From: the human T2T-CHM13v2.0 reference genome, Homo sapiens
DNA: 64,000 nt
Reading direction: 5' to 3' (one strand)
Assembly (NCBI RefSeq): GCF_009914755.1
Contig: NC_060925.1
The notes beneath the pieces are model-generated. The model was not told the origin of the DNA. It made no database searches and worked only from the letters and a program-made list of their open reading frames with translations. The translations under genes and the position numbers were made by a program. Below are positions 15,225-29,473 of the stretch, piece by piece (within the stretch, counting starts at the first letter, position 1; each line of letters starts with the position of its first letter).

Positions 15225-15690
15225 GTAATTAACACCAGTTCTGCATTTCTTATAGAAAAACAACAGGAAGGAAGATTTTATAATTCATTTTACGAGAGTA
15301 TTATCCTAATAACAAAATGAAACAAACACAATTTATAAAAACAAAACCATAGAGCAATATTTCTTATGAATACAGATGTAAAATCCTTAGCAAAATTTTA
15401 GCAAATAAAATTTAACAATATATGAAAAGAATTACACACAAAGACACACACAAAGGTGGTTTTATTCCAGGGATGCAATGCTGGTTCAACATTTGAAAGG
15501 CAACCAATGTATTCTACTTCACTAACAAACTAAAGAAAAAAAGATCACATGATCATAATAATTGATGCAGAAATAGCAGCTGACAAAATTCAACACCATT
15601 CATAAAAACCACTCTCAGAAAAACTAGGAATAGAGAAAAATTTCTCCAACTTAAAAAATAACACTATCTACAGCTAATATCCTGCTTATA
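15225..15690 (+). mobile_element. Old L1 ORF2 (RT region) fragment
   Basis: gatgtaaaatcctt...attccagggatgcaatgctggttcaacatt...gacaaaattcaacacc. Confidence 0.8.
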
Positions 15691-15763
15691 AATGGTACAG
15701 TCTTTCATAATTCCATCCAATAATTAGCTCCACTTTATAAGATGTTAAGAAAGAAATCTAGAG

Positions 15764-15925
15764 CCAGTAGTATGCTGGAGTACACTGCACTGGCTCATAA
15801 GAGCAGATTAAGTACATTTCTTCTGAAATCCATGTTCAGTGACATCTCACTGGTAGATTGAAATTGATTATGGTGGCCTTTTTTTTTTCTTAGTCAGTTG
15901 TTAATTATTTACAAGCACAGAACCA
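15764..15925. mobile_element. MER63A-like hAT element
   Basis: ccagtagtatgctggag...gttcagtgacatc...ggtagattgaaattg...ttgttaattatttacaagcaca. Confidence 0.6.
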
Positions 15926-16254
15926 CCCAAGGTTGTCTAGCATCCCTATAAAACGGACTTGAAATAGAAGTTTGAGTTCAGAAAAATCAGGTTTCAATTT
16001 CTTGTAGATCTGAATGGTGAAATGGAGAGACAAATCTGATGCACTGTAACTCGTGTAGGTTAGACACGTAACTGAGATTCTGGGAGGTAAAACTATAGTT
16101 TACAGTCTTCCTATACTATATAACAAAGCTCTTGACCTTAGATTTTCAGGGAGAAAAACTGTTCTGCAAGTGAAAATTTACATAATGCTCAGATTATTGT
16201 AATGACCGTTTAAAATAACAATCTAACTATAAGATCAGTGCTCAGATAATCTCT

Positions 16255-16500
16255 CTTTATTCATTCAACATTTATGTGACAAATACTTATTGGGGGCTTT
16301 TTATATGACCGAAACTGTTCTGTTTATGTTGGAAAGAGAGAAGAAGAAAAGTAAACAAATAAATTAATTTTACAGAGCCTGTAATGAGAGTAACATGGTG
16401 ATATGAAAGACTTGAGAATGTTTTGTAATTGGGTGGTCAGCAAAGATATCTCAAAATATGATATATCAATATTTGAATGATAAGCAAAAGATAGCCATGC
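16255..16500 (-). mobile_element. L2 3' fragment
   Basis: attcattcaaca...aaatacttattg L2 tail in reverse. Confidence 0.5.
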
Positions 16501-17626
16501 TGAAAACTCAGGGTGGATGTGTAAAAATGAAATATAATCTAAAGATACAGTCAGAGTTTACTAATTAATATATGGAAAACTGTAGTATGACTTTCTGAGA
16601 AAATAGTCCCTCAATATTATAAAATAAAAATAGTAGAAATTGTCTTTATTAATAATTTTTCTACTCTTCAGCTTTCTAATGAAGCATGTAATGCCCCCTT
16701 ATTGACACATGATGGTTACTCTGAAGGTCTTTGAATCCATATTTTGTCTTGGTTTATATTTGTCTTTTATTTGGGAAAGCAATTTTTAATGAATTCTCAA
16801 AATTATAGGAGAAAGATATTTTGTCTTGTGTGTATTATGTTCACAATATAACTTTTTAACAAATATTCTATAACTGGATTGTGGTTTATGCTCCTAGCCT
16901 TATTTATTCATAACAGAATATATAACTGTTTAAAATTAATACAATCATTGAATTGATTCTTCAAAGTAAATTTCTCCTTTACCGATTTTCACAATTTTCA
17001 CTTATTAGTATTATCAGAACAGGAAAAACTTCAGCTTCAATAAGAAGCCTGTTTTCCTGCTTGAGGTAGGATACATGAACTGAGGTTAGTTAGAATCTGT
17101 GTGCATGTAGGCTAGACATCGATATTTGTGATGTAAGTAAACAGAAAGTTTTAAAATTATAAAAAATCCATTGTACTTTTAAGAGGGAAAGTTAGACTAA
17201 GAAATTGAGAAGCGAGGCTATCATAATTTCCATTTGGCCCTAAGTGTAAGTGACTTTTGCTATATGATCTTCTATGGAATTTTTGGAGAAACTATTCTTG
17301 TTTATTTATATCATGTATTAATATTAATTCACCAATAATTCCAAGACATATACCCCAATTTACTTAGAACCCCTACCCTTCGATTTTTTGACATTTGTAA
17401 AATTAAAACTAAAATAAGCCTTTTTATATGCAAAGGACCACCGAACTAGTGCTATATTTCATGTCCATACTCAAAGTTGCACACGAACAACCATCTCTTT
17501 GAAATGCAAATGCACATAGAGGATTTCCTGGCAAATGCAGTCTTCAATTCTACTAGTGGAATAACATCCAAATAAGTTTCTGGCAGACAGAGTAATCCTT
17601 TACCTTAAATACTCAGAAAAACTCAC

Positions 17627-17757
17627 CTGATCACAAAGAATGCTACCATTTCTAGTGCCAACTGTATCACAGTCACAGGGTTTGCAAACATCTATGGCCG
17701 AAGGATCTGCACCAACTTGTCGGAAAAAGTAATCCTTGCACAGCTCACAGTTCCTTC
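17627..17757 (-). CDS. USH2A: USH2A exon 11 (131 nt), laminin EGF 2-3: GRNCELCKDYFFRQVGADPSAIDVCKPCDCDTVGTRNGSILCDQ
   Basis: Acceptor GATGCAG|, donor CAG|GTGAGT; frame continues exon 10. Confidence 0.96.
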
Positions 17758-18689
17758 CTGCATCAGGGAAAGGTTATGCATTATGACTTCTAATTCATTA
17801 AAATCAGCTGCATAATTCAAAATTAAAGACTGTATTCCTTTGAGGGAATTCTATAATTTTCGGAACGTCCGTTTTAATGCACCTTTCATCTCTACCTGCC
17901 AATTTAGTGATCCAGAGCATATGAAACAATGAACCTGTTACAAACTGTGCTTTACTTCATTAAACTCCCATCTGTTATATAATACCACACTTCTAAAAAG
18001 CTGTGCTTTATAGGGGCCCATACATTTGGAAAGAGTTTGCTCCTAAACTTAAAACTTTATATCTGGGGCCAGGCACTTTATCTAAACTCAATACAGCAGG
18101 AGAAATTTCTACATATGTGGTAGATGATACTTATACAGTAAGAAGCAAGCAGGTATGTAGTATTGGAAATATTTTTCTAGAACTCAATCATGTAAAATGG
18201 GAGACTTCTCTTAATATAATTTATTATTCTGTAGTTAACACAATTAAAAACAAATGATTATGTTAGTGGCCATTATTTTTCATTTCAAAGATTGAAATAG
18301 AAATTCATTATATTTAGAGATACCAAGTACTTTTCATACTAAATACTAGAATAGCCTGACATATTAGATATATCAGGTAATTCCCATAGTTTATAATTTA
18401 TAATTACAAATTTCCTTTGCTATATTATGTAATAAAAAACCTAAACTACAAGGAATTTTTAAAGTGAACGTGACTAGTGTATAAGATAATTGAAATAAGC
18501 TGAAGTAGAACTCAAGACTATCAATTCCCCCTTTAAACATGATGTACTTTGCTCAAAAAATATTGAAATTTCTCCAATATTTGAAGACTACAGAAATAAT
18601 CAATAATCAATAATATGAAAACTCATATTCTGATAGATATTGGCTATTGAGCTAGTTAAAAATTAAATTGATTTATAATATTTCTAGAC

Positions 18690-19890
18690 TATTTCCATTT
18701 ACATATGCTGTTGACTCCCAAATCCATATCTCCAATCCAGAAATCTCTCTTTTATTTATGAATTAATGAATATTTATCGCGTGATTACTATGTACCAAAT
18801 ACTGTGCTAAGTGCTGTGTAATACAGTAGTGAACTAAATACACAATACCCATTGCATCTCTTTCACAAAGCTCTCTTACAGTCTAGGAGGTAAGAGGAAT
18901 CTGAACTAAATAATACCAGGAGTAATACACATTTATAAACCATGATAAGCATAGTTGTCACTAACATGTGTAAGTGATTCTGATCTTCTCTAAAGCATCA
19001 TGAGAGGATTTCCTTGAAGGAAAGAGCTTCAGAACTGTGTTTCCAACTGCCCCCAGGAGTTTCTCCTATGTCTCTTAGAAACCGAGTGAACATATCCACA
19101 ACAGAACTTGCCATCTCCTCCCTCATCTCAATCCTCCTGTATTTTCTATCTCAATGGCTGGCACCAATGTTGAGCCTACTGCTCAAGCTAGAATGTAATG
19201 TTAGGTATCAGTCTTGGCTCTCCTTCCTTCCCTTGCCTACACTCTGCTCACAAAACACTCACTTTTTTATCCTAAATATCTCTTGGATCCATTTCTCTCT
19301 ATCCGTACCATCTGAAATGTATTCTGACATTATTTCTCACCTGGACTATTGCAGCACCTCACTAACTAGTTTTCCCCAACCACTCTAACCTTCTCCAATC
19401 CATTTTTTACTTTATAACCAGGTGTATCTTTTAATAACAAGTAACTCATTATGCCCCTTTCCCATATAAAACCCTTAAGTGTCATCTCCTTGACCTTAGA
19501 TAAAAGCCAAAGGCTTTATCATGGCTCCAGAGTCCTCTATGATATTGTCCTGCCTTCCTTCCTAATATCTCTTACCACCAGCCATTTGCCCATCTTATGG
19601 TTTTTCAAACGTGTCATTTTTCTCCCTCCTCTAGGCCACTGCACAAAATGTTTCCCTAATTGTAAGCCTTAGTTCACCATCCTAATCTTTCAACTGGTTA
19701 ACTCCTACTGTCCTTGCCCTATCTTAGCAATCATCAGACAACTTTGTAATCATTCCTTTCAATAGTCTGTCTTTCCCACTGTACAATAACCCAAAGACAG
19801 AAAATTCATTGTCTTATTCATCTTCATGTCCCCAGCACCTACCCAAGATCTTGTGATATTTAAGTTATCAATAATCAGCCGATAAATGGA
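18690..19890 (+). mobile_element. L2 fragment with an opposite-strand L2 3' end (~18755-19040) nested in it
   Basis: gactcccaaatccatatctcc resumes as tgtttccaactgcc...ctcacctggactattgcagc; the inner piece reads atgaatatttat...tactatgtacca..tactgtgctaagtgct. Confidence 0.7.
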
Positions 19891-20521
19891 TTCATGCTTA
19901 AGAGTACCACTTTGAAACCCATCAGATATATGCTATTATATTTCACAAATTCAGATGTTGGCCATTTCTTGCCTTTCAAAATAAGGATGGTATTTTTCAA
20001 TGACTAGTCAAAGGCTTTGTAGTTTTAGAACAGGACTTTGATTATCATCGTCTCCATTTAATTAGTATTTTCAAAAAGAGTATTCTCAGACTACCAGTGT
20101 CCATGCCAAATCTGAATGAATGCCATCTCCACATGAGAATCCAGACATAAAGGACAATAAAGGGGACAAAAGGAAACTTACTTTAAGGATATGTGTTCAA
20201 AGTAAGCATTCCCGAGTTATTCTAAATATGGTTGTGGTTTAGTCAAATGGTGTGAACTCTTTAAAAAACAAAACAAAACAAAACAACAACAACAAAATCC
20301 TTTTCCTGAAAAGATATAGTTTAAGACTAGAGTGCTATTTCTGAAAACTACCTAGTGATTTGGAAATAGGAAGATTTGGTGAACTAGCTTTGATTTTCAA
20401 ACTTAAAGGTATGAAAGTACATCCTTAAATAAGATAGCAATAACATAATTTAAAATAATATGCATTGTAGATAGAAGCACACAGGCCTCCAAACCAACTC
20501 AGGAATTTATTTGCTACTTAC

Positions 20522-20717
20522 CTGTAGTGTTATGCTCACAATCATCACAAACTCCTCCTCCCCCTCTGAAGTGCTCAAAAGGAAATGGGTCTACAGAGAT
20601 GTTGTAATGGCAGCTTTTGGAATGGCTGTTGCATTGACAAGGTTTACAATTGAAAGCGTAAACTTGATCACCTTGGCGGAAAGGCTTGTCATTATAAAGA
20701 GGCAAGCAGCGATCACA
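20522..20717 (-). CDS. USH2A: USH2A exon 10 (196 nt), laminin EGF 1-2: CDRCLPLYNDKPFRQG...CDDCEHNTT
   Basis: Acceptor TTGTTCTAG|, donor CAG|GTAAGT; ORF 20514..20705. Confidence 0.97.
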
Positions 20718-20944
20718 CTAGAACAAAAAATATCAGAACAGTAAAGAAAATAAAGCTGTGATTTTCTTTCATTTTATTGATATGTTAGGCCTTTCACCAG
20801 AAGTAAAGCACATATCAGTGAGTTAAAAGTCAGCAATGATTTTATTTGAAAAATATTTCGTAAGTCAGAAATAGCATATTTACGGGCATGGTAGGGTGGA
20901 ATTGTAAAAGTGACCATGCAAACTTGAACCATGGAAAATGATCT

Positions 20945-21101
20945 TTTTTTTTCTTAATTTTTAATTTTTGTGGGTACGTAGTAGGTGTATGTATTTATAG
21001 GCTACATGGGATGTTTTGAAAAAGAGATACAACGTGTAATCATCACATCTTGGAAAATGCGACATCTATCCCCTCAAGTGTTTAACCTTTGTGTTACAAA
21101 C
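20945..21101 (-). mobile_element. 5'-truncated L1MA 3' end inserted in the Tigger
   Basis: PolyT then tttttgtgggtacgtagtaggtgta; TSD atggaaaatgatct/atgcaaagtgatct. Confidence 0.85.
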
Positions 21102-21344
21102 ATGCAAAGTGATCTTAATAATCAACAGGAAAGGTTATGATAGCTCTAAGACTTTGTAAAACTTCAACATGTTAACAACTCTCCAATGCTGGTTATAAAT
21201 GTAAAGAAATAAACCAGTAAAAATGACCATTTATTTAGTACTCTGTAATTTAAAACATTAAAAACTTGGAGAAGTTGTTTTAGTCCTTTGTAAAATACTC
21301 ACTAAAAGTACTTTGAACAGTGCTTGCCTTCATCTCACCTATAA

Positions 21345-21670
<326 letters not shown>

Positions 21671-22689
21671 ACATCTTTTCTATGCCTTGGTGAATTGTCA
21701 CGCTCCTTTCTAAGTTTGAATCAGCTTCCAACATTTTAACTTTTATGCTTTTAGTGTTGTGAAGTACCTGTGAGAATTCCTCTAATGTGAAGTGTTTGGG
21801 TGTCACTTCCTCCAGGACATCTTCACCCTATTTGTGGCAAGCACTTCCCTCACTTATGTTAAGTTCACCTTCACTAAGTAGCTCTGGCTACGTATTCAGA
21901 ATCTCTCAAACCTCAGTAGTGACTATTTCTTCTATGACTCCACTTAGGTTCAATCTGAATTTTACTTCAAGTATTTTCTTTCTTTGCAGTGCTTTCCTCT
22001 TTGCTGTCCAATTCCTCTTCTTTTTTGAATATCTGTGTTTGTAAAGTGTCACTCGGGTTTATCACTCACAAGGAGGCAACACAACCACACGCTTCTCTTC
22101 TATAAATAAACTGAATGATAAATGTGTAGTGCGCAATCACCAACAGATACTGAAAAAAATAAACGTGATCGGTCACTGATCACAATGTGCATCTGTTATT
22201 TTATGTGGTAATTTGTGGACTGCAGAGCCAGCAGCAATGTTTGTTTATGTAATTACTCACAGTAATATTCAATGTTACCCAACACTTGAGTTACGTTGTT
22301 GGAGGACTGTTAGCATTTAACTAAACTATGATAACTGATATTCATGCATATCAGAATTGTGTAAGGAGAGAACTGCCTGTATAACTGTAAGACAAAATTT
22401 ACTCAAATTATGTAATAGGTCTGTTATGTACTGGAACAAATAAAAAAACCTGGATATATGTTTTATAATTAATTATTTTAACTTTCTAATATAAATACAA
22501 TTTATGGACAAAGCAAAATTTTTTCCATAGATTTAAATAACAATTCAACTGAACTGAGTTTAGTATAACTATAGACATAATAAAAATATTCTTTATAAAA
22601 CAAAGGCAGGAGGTAGAAAATTAAAAGCACTGGTAATTTGACTAGCAAATGATAAGTCAAAATGTCAACATGAGATAATTTCTTTCAAA

Positions 22690-23720
22690 TTTGTATATGC
22701 ATATATTTCTTCTTTTCAAAATTATGAATATACATGGGTATTGTGTTATTAAAAATCATATATTTTGTATTACTACATAGTTTTGTATAATTAAACATCA
22801 TGTATTTTGCTGCATTATTTCTTATATTTCTCATAAAATAACATTCAACCCTTCTGCAATCATTACACATTTAGTTTTTTTTTTTCCATTTTATTTTGGG
22901 GATCGGGAGTGGATATATATCTAAGTATTACCTTAAGAAAATTATGAGATGAAATTACATTATCAAAGAGTATAAACATTTTAAAGATTTTGTTAAATAT
23001 GGTCAAATTCCTTCTAGAAAAATTAAACTCATACTCACACCAGCAATATCTGAGAATGTCCATTTTCTTGTGTTCTGCCCATAATTGTTATATCTTCACT
23101 ATTTTGATTTTAGATAATATGTCAATTACTGTTTTAGTATTTATGTCTTTGGATACTAGTAATGCCAATCTTCACCTAGTTCTTGGTTAGATATAGTCCT
23201 TTTTGAGAAAATTATTCATTTTTCTTTAGTATACTCTTTTTTAATTGACTTTAAAGATTTTATCAGATATTAGAATTTTCCTTTGCCTGTAAAACAGTGA
23301 AGATTTAGTTCATAATTTTAAATATACAGTTATATTTATTTCCTTCCCCTACTTTATTGGCCAGAATTTTCAGCATAATAGTTAATTTATATGGTATAGT
23401 AGTGTGATAGGCATAATTATCTTTTTACTCATTTTAATGAAAATGTCTATAATGTTGCAGCTTTTATAGTATTGACTATTGATTTTACATAGACAATTTT
23501 TATCATTTTGAAGAAGAAATTGCTACTTCAAAACAACCAATATGGATTTTTGTAAAAAAATAAAAAAATATTGTCAATTTTATTAAATGTTCTGATTTAA
23601 TTGTTTGACCTATTGAATTGATAAATTATACAATAGGTTAGTAGGCTAATTGGAGTCTGTGCTTGCATTTTTTAATAAACCCAACATCATTAATAGTAAA
23701 TAAAGCCAAGTAAAAAAAAA
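22690..23720 (-). mobile_element. Highly diverged L1ME fragment(s)
   Basis: ggtcaaatt...actcacaccagcaatatctgagaatgtcc; ttttatcattttgaagaa resemble L1 antisense. Confidence 0.5.
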
Positions 23721-25439
23721 TTTAGGAGTTTTACATTTATAATCATAAATGAGATTTATCTAGGTTTGATAAAGACTTTTATTAAAATAAATACACCTTA
23801 GAATTTTAATAGGTAATTATATGTATTTGTATTTATAAAGTTAATTTTGATATCTGAATGATCAGAAAATTCTCATTTTGCATACACACTGAAACCAATT
23901 ACATTTTATCAAATTATATTTCATGTAAAGTACAATAAATTCAAGACAAGATTTATAATAAGTAAATACCAGGATTTCTGAAAATCATTTTTCTCACTCT
24001 CCATTTGCTGTGAAATACTTAATGTGACTTCCCTAAGTGCCCAGCATATGCCAGAGTTACATGTTAAATTATGAATCAGGGGAGTCAAACCATGTAAAGT
24101 AATGTCTCTCTGTTTATCCAAGATAATGGTCCTTTGCTCTTTGTTTTATATTAACATTGTTAAAAACTATTTTCATATTGGGACAACAAAGGTTATTCTA
24201 TTGTTCTATTTTAATACAGAATAAATAGTAACACATATTTAGTATTTTAGAACAGTTTGACATATTTCATAATCATCATTGGAACATACACTAGTCAAAA
24301 GCATTTTTTTTTGGCCAGTATTTACTTTTCCCCACTAGTTCAATTTCTTCCTTTAACAATCTTAAAGGGAGAAGATAAAACATAAGAATGTAGTTGTCCA
24401 GTGTGTTGCTGTTTAATGGTATTCCAAAATTTTAGCATGAAAACAAAGTGAGTTTTTTCTACTTAGCTGGGGAGAGAGAAAAAGACAAAAAGGAGAAAAA
24501 ATAATAAGAATGTAAACATTAGGTCACACTGTTTATATCAGGTAGTGCTACTTTTTAATAATTGGTAAAAAATAATTCACCCTTTTGGTCATTTTACAAT
24601 GGTCAAGTTAAACTCTATGGTCAATTAAAATATCACTGTAATATTCTTTTTGGAGTGATAAAGATTATTTTTCCCCACAATCATTTGCAAACCTTTAGGC
24701 TAAGGTAGTTGTCCCGCTTCTCATCTCTCAGAGTACTCTATTAATACCTCAATCTTGCTCCTGTCACTCTACTGAAATGATTGGCTTCTGTATATGTATC
24801 TTTCAGGAAATACAAGTTATTGACTTTATATTCTCTGTATCATCCATGCATTAGGAGCATGATAGACAATTGCTAAGCTGTTAGCTGACAATTCACAATT
24901 AATAATGATATTAATGTCCAAAGAAAGTTGTTCTTGAGGGAATTTAGAGAGGAGACAGAATGAGAACAATTCACAAACAAGGTGACATTTATGGAAAGTC
25001 TTCAGAATTGACTGTTAGGTGATGATTTGCAATAAAAACCACTTACAAATATAAAATGAAACTCACTTCATAAAAGAAGAATATGTGGCAACCATTAAAA
25101 TATTGTCAGCTATGGGTCTTTAGCCAAAAAAATTTAAAGTGGGGAAATTGACCTCTTTACATTTCCCTCACCAGCAATGCCCATCTGCAAATCAAATTTA
25201 TTTCATAAAATCAAAAGTTAGAGATTTAGGTACAGGCTGGGAGTCAGACAGCTTAGTTCTATTATTGGTGCTGCTGTTTCCTAACTGCAAAAAGGCCACT
25301 GTGAAAAGTAACATCAAATGCATACTCTCATTTGATGAGTATACTCTCATCAAATGAGAGTATACTCTGGTTACTATATTAAACATTTAAAATGGGTTGT
25401 TTCATTGCATCTTTTAGGCCTGGGTGATACAATATCTCA

Positions 25440-25630
25440 CATCTAACTTCTGTTTCTTGATTTGCTAGCCCTGTGTTCTTGAGTAATTGCCTGTACCTCT
25501 TTAATCCTTATTTTTCTCACTCATAATATGAGAGTAATAATACTTCTCTCATAAGGTTGCTGTAAAGACCAATCAGTTATCAAAGTGCTTGTCACACAGT
25601 TGGCCCTCAGCAAACTTGCCTACTACTTTG
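25440..25630 (+). mobile_element. MIR
   Basis: ctgtgttcttgagtaattg...tttttctcactcataatatgagagtaataatac...ggttgctgtaaag...aaagtgctt. Confidence 0.65.
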
Positions 25631-27174
25631 ATCGTTATTGGATTCACGACAGAGGATTAAAGAGGTTAAGTAACATTAACAATGACAATGGACAGTTAGT
25701 TACTCCTAGAGTCCTCTTTACTTCTATGAATCTTAGTTTCTTCATCTTCAAAATGAAGATAACTTAATAGAATGTCTTACTTTTATCTGACTCAAAATAA
25801 TCTTAGGATAAGTGGTAATATATAAATAATGCCCAAAACAAATCCTGGAAGTTATTACATGCTCAAACCTGAAAGTCAGAATATGGAAGAGGAGGAAAAA
25901 GAAGGAAGAGAGGGGTAAAAATCCAACAGAATTGTTGATCTCAAGTTTGACCAGCACCAGCAGTATATGACTGTCACTATGCTATATATAGTCTATAACC
26001 ATTAAAAGGTGATTCTGTGATTTATAAATGCACTGGTCTACGATCTGCTTTGGAGGAGGTAGCCTACAGAGTGGAGCAAGAAGAAATTTATGACCAAAAT
26101 TTATTTCTGGTTAATTTGATCATCTGTAGTTATAACTACAGAGGAGGTCCTATCTATTGACAATACTTCCTAAGAGCCATCAGACATAACTATTACTTCT
26201 TCTAGTAGCCCTATGTGTGGGGACGATATGTTCTAATTGGATAAATGAAAGAATAGATGAAAACTTGCCTTCTGACTTCTTGGATTTGAAGGAGAGAAAT
26301 GAGCTCATTAAGCTGTCTTCCCCAGTTCAATTAGCCATGCAATTTACCTGATTCCCAATATTTTAAAAACCCTATTCCATCGTAAAACTTTTGCCAAAGG
26401 CAAAATTTTGCTGTAACACAATGCCCTGAGCCTATTTTTCTCTTGACTTCAAAGCATTCTCATTGAAGAATTTGTTTACTCTATGGTGGTTTTTATTATT
26501 CAAGTTGTGCTTTCTTAAATGTAAGTTGGTGGAAGTGATGAGATGGAAACTGTGGTCCTGTCATACTGATTTCAGATGCAGTTTGTCTTTTACAAAACAA
26601 CTGCTGGCTGTTTGAGTTTGGTATATTGCCTACATGAGTTAGTGGAGCAAATCCAGCAAAAGCATTCCTTTGCTATTTCTAGGAAGACATTTTTGCTTTT
26701 TGATTATAATCTTTAAAAAATCTAATTTCAGATTTTATACTTAACGTCAGCCCAAAAGCCATTATCAAAAAGCCTAATTGTAAATAAGACTGGACTAAAT
26801 GCTGTATCAATGTCCAAAGACACAGTCCTGGCTGCCTTAATGTTTAAAGCCAAAGACAAATTTTACCAGTGACCCAATGGAATGGTTCTGGTCCTGCCAA
26901 ACTACTTGTTATTGAAAATGGCTGGCCTTTCTTTTGTGGAGAAAAAAACCCTGCAGATATATGGATAACCTGTTCTGTTTTCCTGAAGAAAACAAGCATA
27001 GCTGTTATTTTTTGATTCTCAAATTATTATTTTTTAGATTATGATAATACCAGGGTGAAAGGAATTTGTAGAAAGGGCCAGTGCAGAACACTGCTTGTAG
27101 GAGAGGAGTTTATCCACTCCTTTTAGGAGGAGCAACATATGTATACATTCCACAGGACCCAGAAATTCCACTGA

Positions 27175-27486
<312 letters not shown>

Positions 27487-29086
27487 GAGAATATGTTTTT
27501 AAAGCTGCTTGATAAAGATTTTCTGTTTTAATAATGGGGTGTTGATAATACTGAAGAGAAGGAAACAAATTAAATGCCCAAAAGCAAGAGAGTGGTTTAA
27601 GATGTTCCAATTCCTAAAAAAAAAAAGGCTAACATTTATAAATATAAATAGAGAAATATATTCATAATACAGCTTGAATTGAAAATCAAGTTAAAAATAA
27701 TATACAGAGTATAATCCTCTATTCTAGATAAAGGTGGACTTATCTATAGATATAAATATGCAATTTTAAGAAGATAGAGACAGATGAGACAGGTTTACTA
27801 ATAATAACAATAATATAATGCCTGAAAGTATATAAACTAAGATTATTGGCTGGGGTTACCGGTGGGTGGTAGGTTTACAGATAAAGTTTATAACTTTATT
27901 TTTTCCACAGTGTACATTTATTACTAATGTATTAAAAATTGAGAGCAAATAAAATGTAACTGCATGGATAGTTACAAGATAATTATACATCATTTGCATG
28001 TAACATTTCACTAAGAAAACCTAAGAAAATTAATATGTTTCAGTTTTAAATTACACACAGATGAGCAAAAATCTGCAGAAAAAATGATTCTCTTTTCAAC
28101 TACTATGTAAGCTAAAAAGTTTTTGAGCCACCAGTAAACAGAGTATGATTTGTAAAAAATATACATTTTTTCCAAAACAATGGGATTAATATACAGAAGC
28201 AAAGATTTTGAGAGATGATGCCTAAATTTGTTTTAAAATTTGATTTAAGACATATGCAACTAAATGACACACCAATGCCTATTTGGGTCTTTGATCCTAA
28301 AGATGATACTGTTCTATTATCATTTTGTATGGTTTGCAAAGACAGAAGGAATACTTTGTAGTCTATTCTTTGATTATAAAGTTTCATGAAGTATTAAATT
28401 CTTGGTCCCATAATTGGTTCTTAACAACTCGTTTCAGATAATACAAGGATAACCATGACAAAATGGAAGAAATAATAATTGGTAAGTGCATTATAAGTAA
28501 ATTTTTGAATTCTCATAATTTTCAACTGCCTTTTCTACCAGTGATTTTAAAGTTTGATTTAAAATCAAGAACTCTGTGTGTATCTTATATTTTAGGCAGC
28601 TCCTGAAGCAAATGGTTTTCTATTTCATGTTTTCCCAATCTCCAGTTGATCATTTGTCACTTTCAATTATGTTTCGGTTTCTTCTGTAACAACTGGATTC
28701 CCCCGATATGTCCCTGAATGCCCAAATTATGAGATTAGACAATGGCTGTATCAGGGTCAAGGACCTTTACCACTGATTCATTTAACTGCTTTCATTTTGA
28801 TAGCTTCTTAAAGGCTACTAATCAACTCCGCTAAGTTGCAGCCAAATACTTTGACATGTTCAGGTATGAAAATCATTGAATAGTCATTGAATCTAGAAGA
28901 CACTGATGAAATTTATTTTATTACATTATATTCTAATAATACACAATGACAGTTATTTCTTATGGATCATTAAACTGAAGTATAGTGTTTCTTCGTTACC
29001 ATTACAGAGCAGCAAAGACAATCTTTCAAAGATAACCCATAGTCTCCAAAGCATTTTTATCAACTCCACTCCTGATAGACTCAATG

Positions 29087-29473
<387 letters not shown>

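Noticed and set aside
20511-20744. Plus-strand ORFs over exons (also 51777-52067 and 53706-53969)
   Set aside because: Antisense shadows of USH2A coding exons.
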